From assembly GCA_016748015.1 (NCBI GenBank), contig JAAOMT010000009.1:1365924-1429923 (forward strand): 64,000 nucleotides of DNA, in the 5' to 3' direction. Shown here in pieces: positions 63,670 to 64,000 of the stretch. This DNA is from Geosiphon pyriformis uo1 (Eukaryota; Fungi; Glomeromycota). Below the pieces are notes generated by a model. That model did no database searches. It worked only from the letters and a program-made list of their open reading frames with translations, and was not told where the DNA came from. The number at the start of each line of letters is the position of its first letter. Within the stretch, counting starts at the first letter, position 1. The translations under genes and the position numbers were made by a program.

Positions 63670-64000
63670 ATGAGATTGTTAAAAACCTCTCATATACTAC
63701 TGTCAATTTTGGGACTTTTCGCCTGTTCAACCATCCGAGTGGGGCAGGCAAACGAGAGCCCCCCTGATAGTGTAATTCCTCTTCGCACCCACTCTATATA
63801 CATGCCTTATATAGGTTTGTCCTGAATTTTCTTTTCATTGACATGGAATTTTTATTAACCTTCGCTGTCATTTCTAGATCAAGATCTTCAAAATCGGTGG
63901 TTTGACTTTGGCGCTGATACTGTAATCAACACCAATAAATATATTCGTTTGACTCATGATCGGCCTTCTCAAACTGGTTGGTTATGGAGTCGATTGGTAA
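63670..64000 (+). CDS. L-type (legume-like) lectin cargo receptor, VIP36/LMAN2-like; first two exons, continues beyond the window
   Basis: Signal peptide MRLLKTSHILLSILGLFACS.., then LRTHSIYMPYI|DQDLQNRWFDFGADTVINTNKYIRLTHDRPSQTGWLWSRL with a GT-AG intron. Confidence 0.88.

Overview
Eukaryotic, intron-rich fungal DNA. The gene set and element style suggest Mucoromycota/Glomeromycota, possibly Geosiphon-like (inference from sequence character only). Positions 1-~49,900 are a CpG-depleted, nested transposon graveyard. It holds five recognisable copies of an RNase H-bearing non-LTR (LINE) family in two subfamilies, plus more decayed 'ghost' copies. It also holds one full-length ~10.2-kb Ty3/gypsy LTR retrotransposon inserted in LINE ORF1, two solo-LTR-like relics, and a dispersed AT-rich repeat that received several of these insertions. 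Positions ~50,200-64,000 are a compact, CpG-retaining gene island: a TPR-F-box-LRR (Dia2/Pof3-like) gene, a DHHC palmitoyltransferase, SFT2, a slicer-type Argonaute, an uncharacterised (possibly Rrn9-like) gene, and the 5' end of an L-type lectin gene. The most unusual object is the gypsy element. Its gag-pol lies in a single frame with a tandem-repeat/triple zinc-ribbon insert and a dUTPase between protease and RT. The integrase may be separately initiated, and an extra ~240-codon ORF occupies the env position. It has 4-bp TSDs, and its LTRs share with two diverged solo LTRs a core whose substitution pattern looks coding on the antisense strand. All TE copies are pseudogenised, mainly by C>T/G>A transitions. 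Coordinates were counted by hand; ends of decayed elements are approximate.
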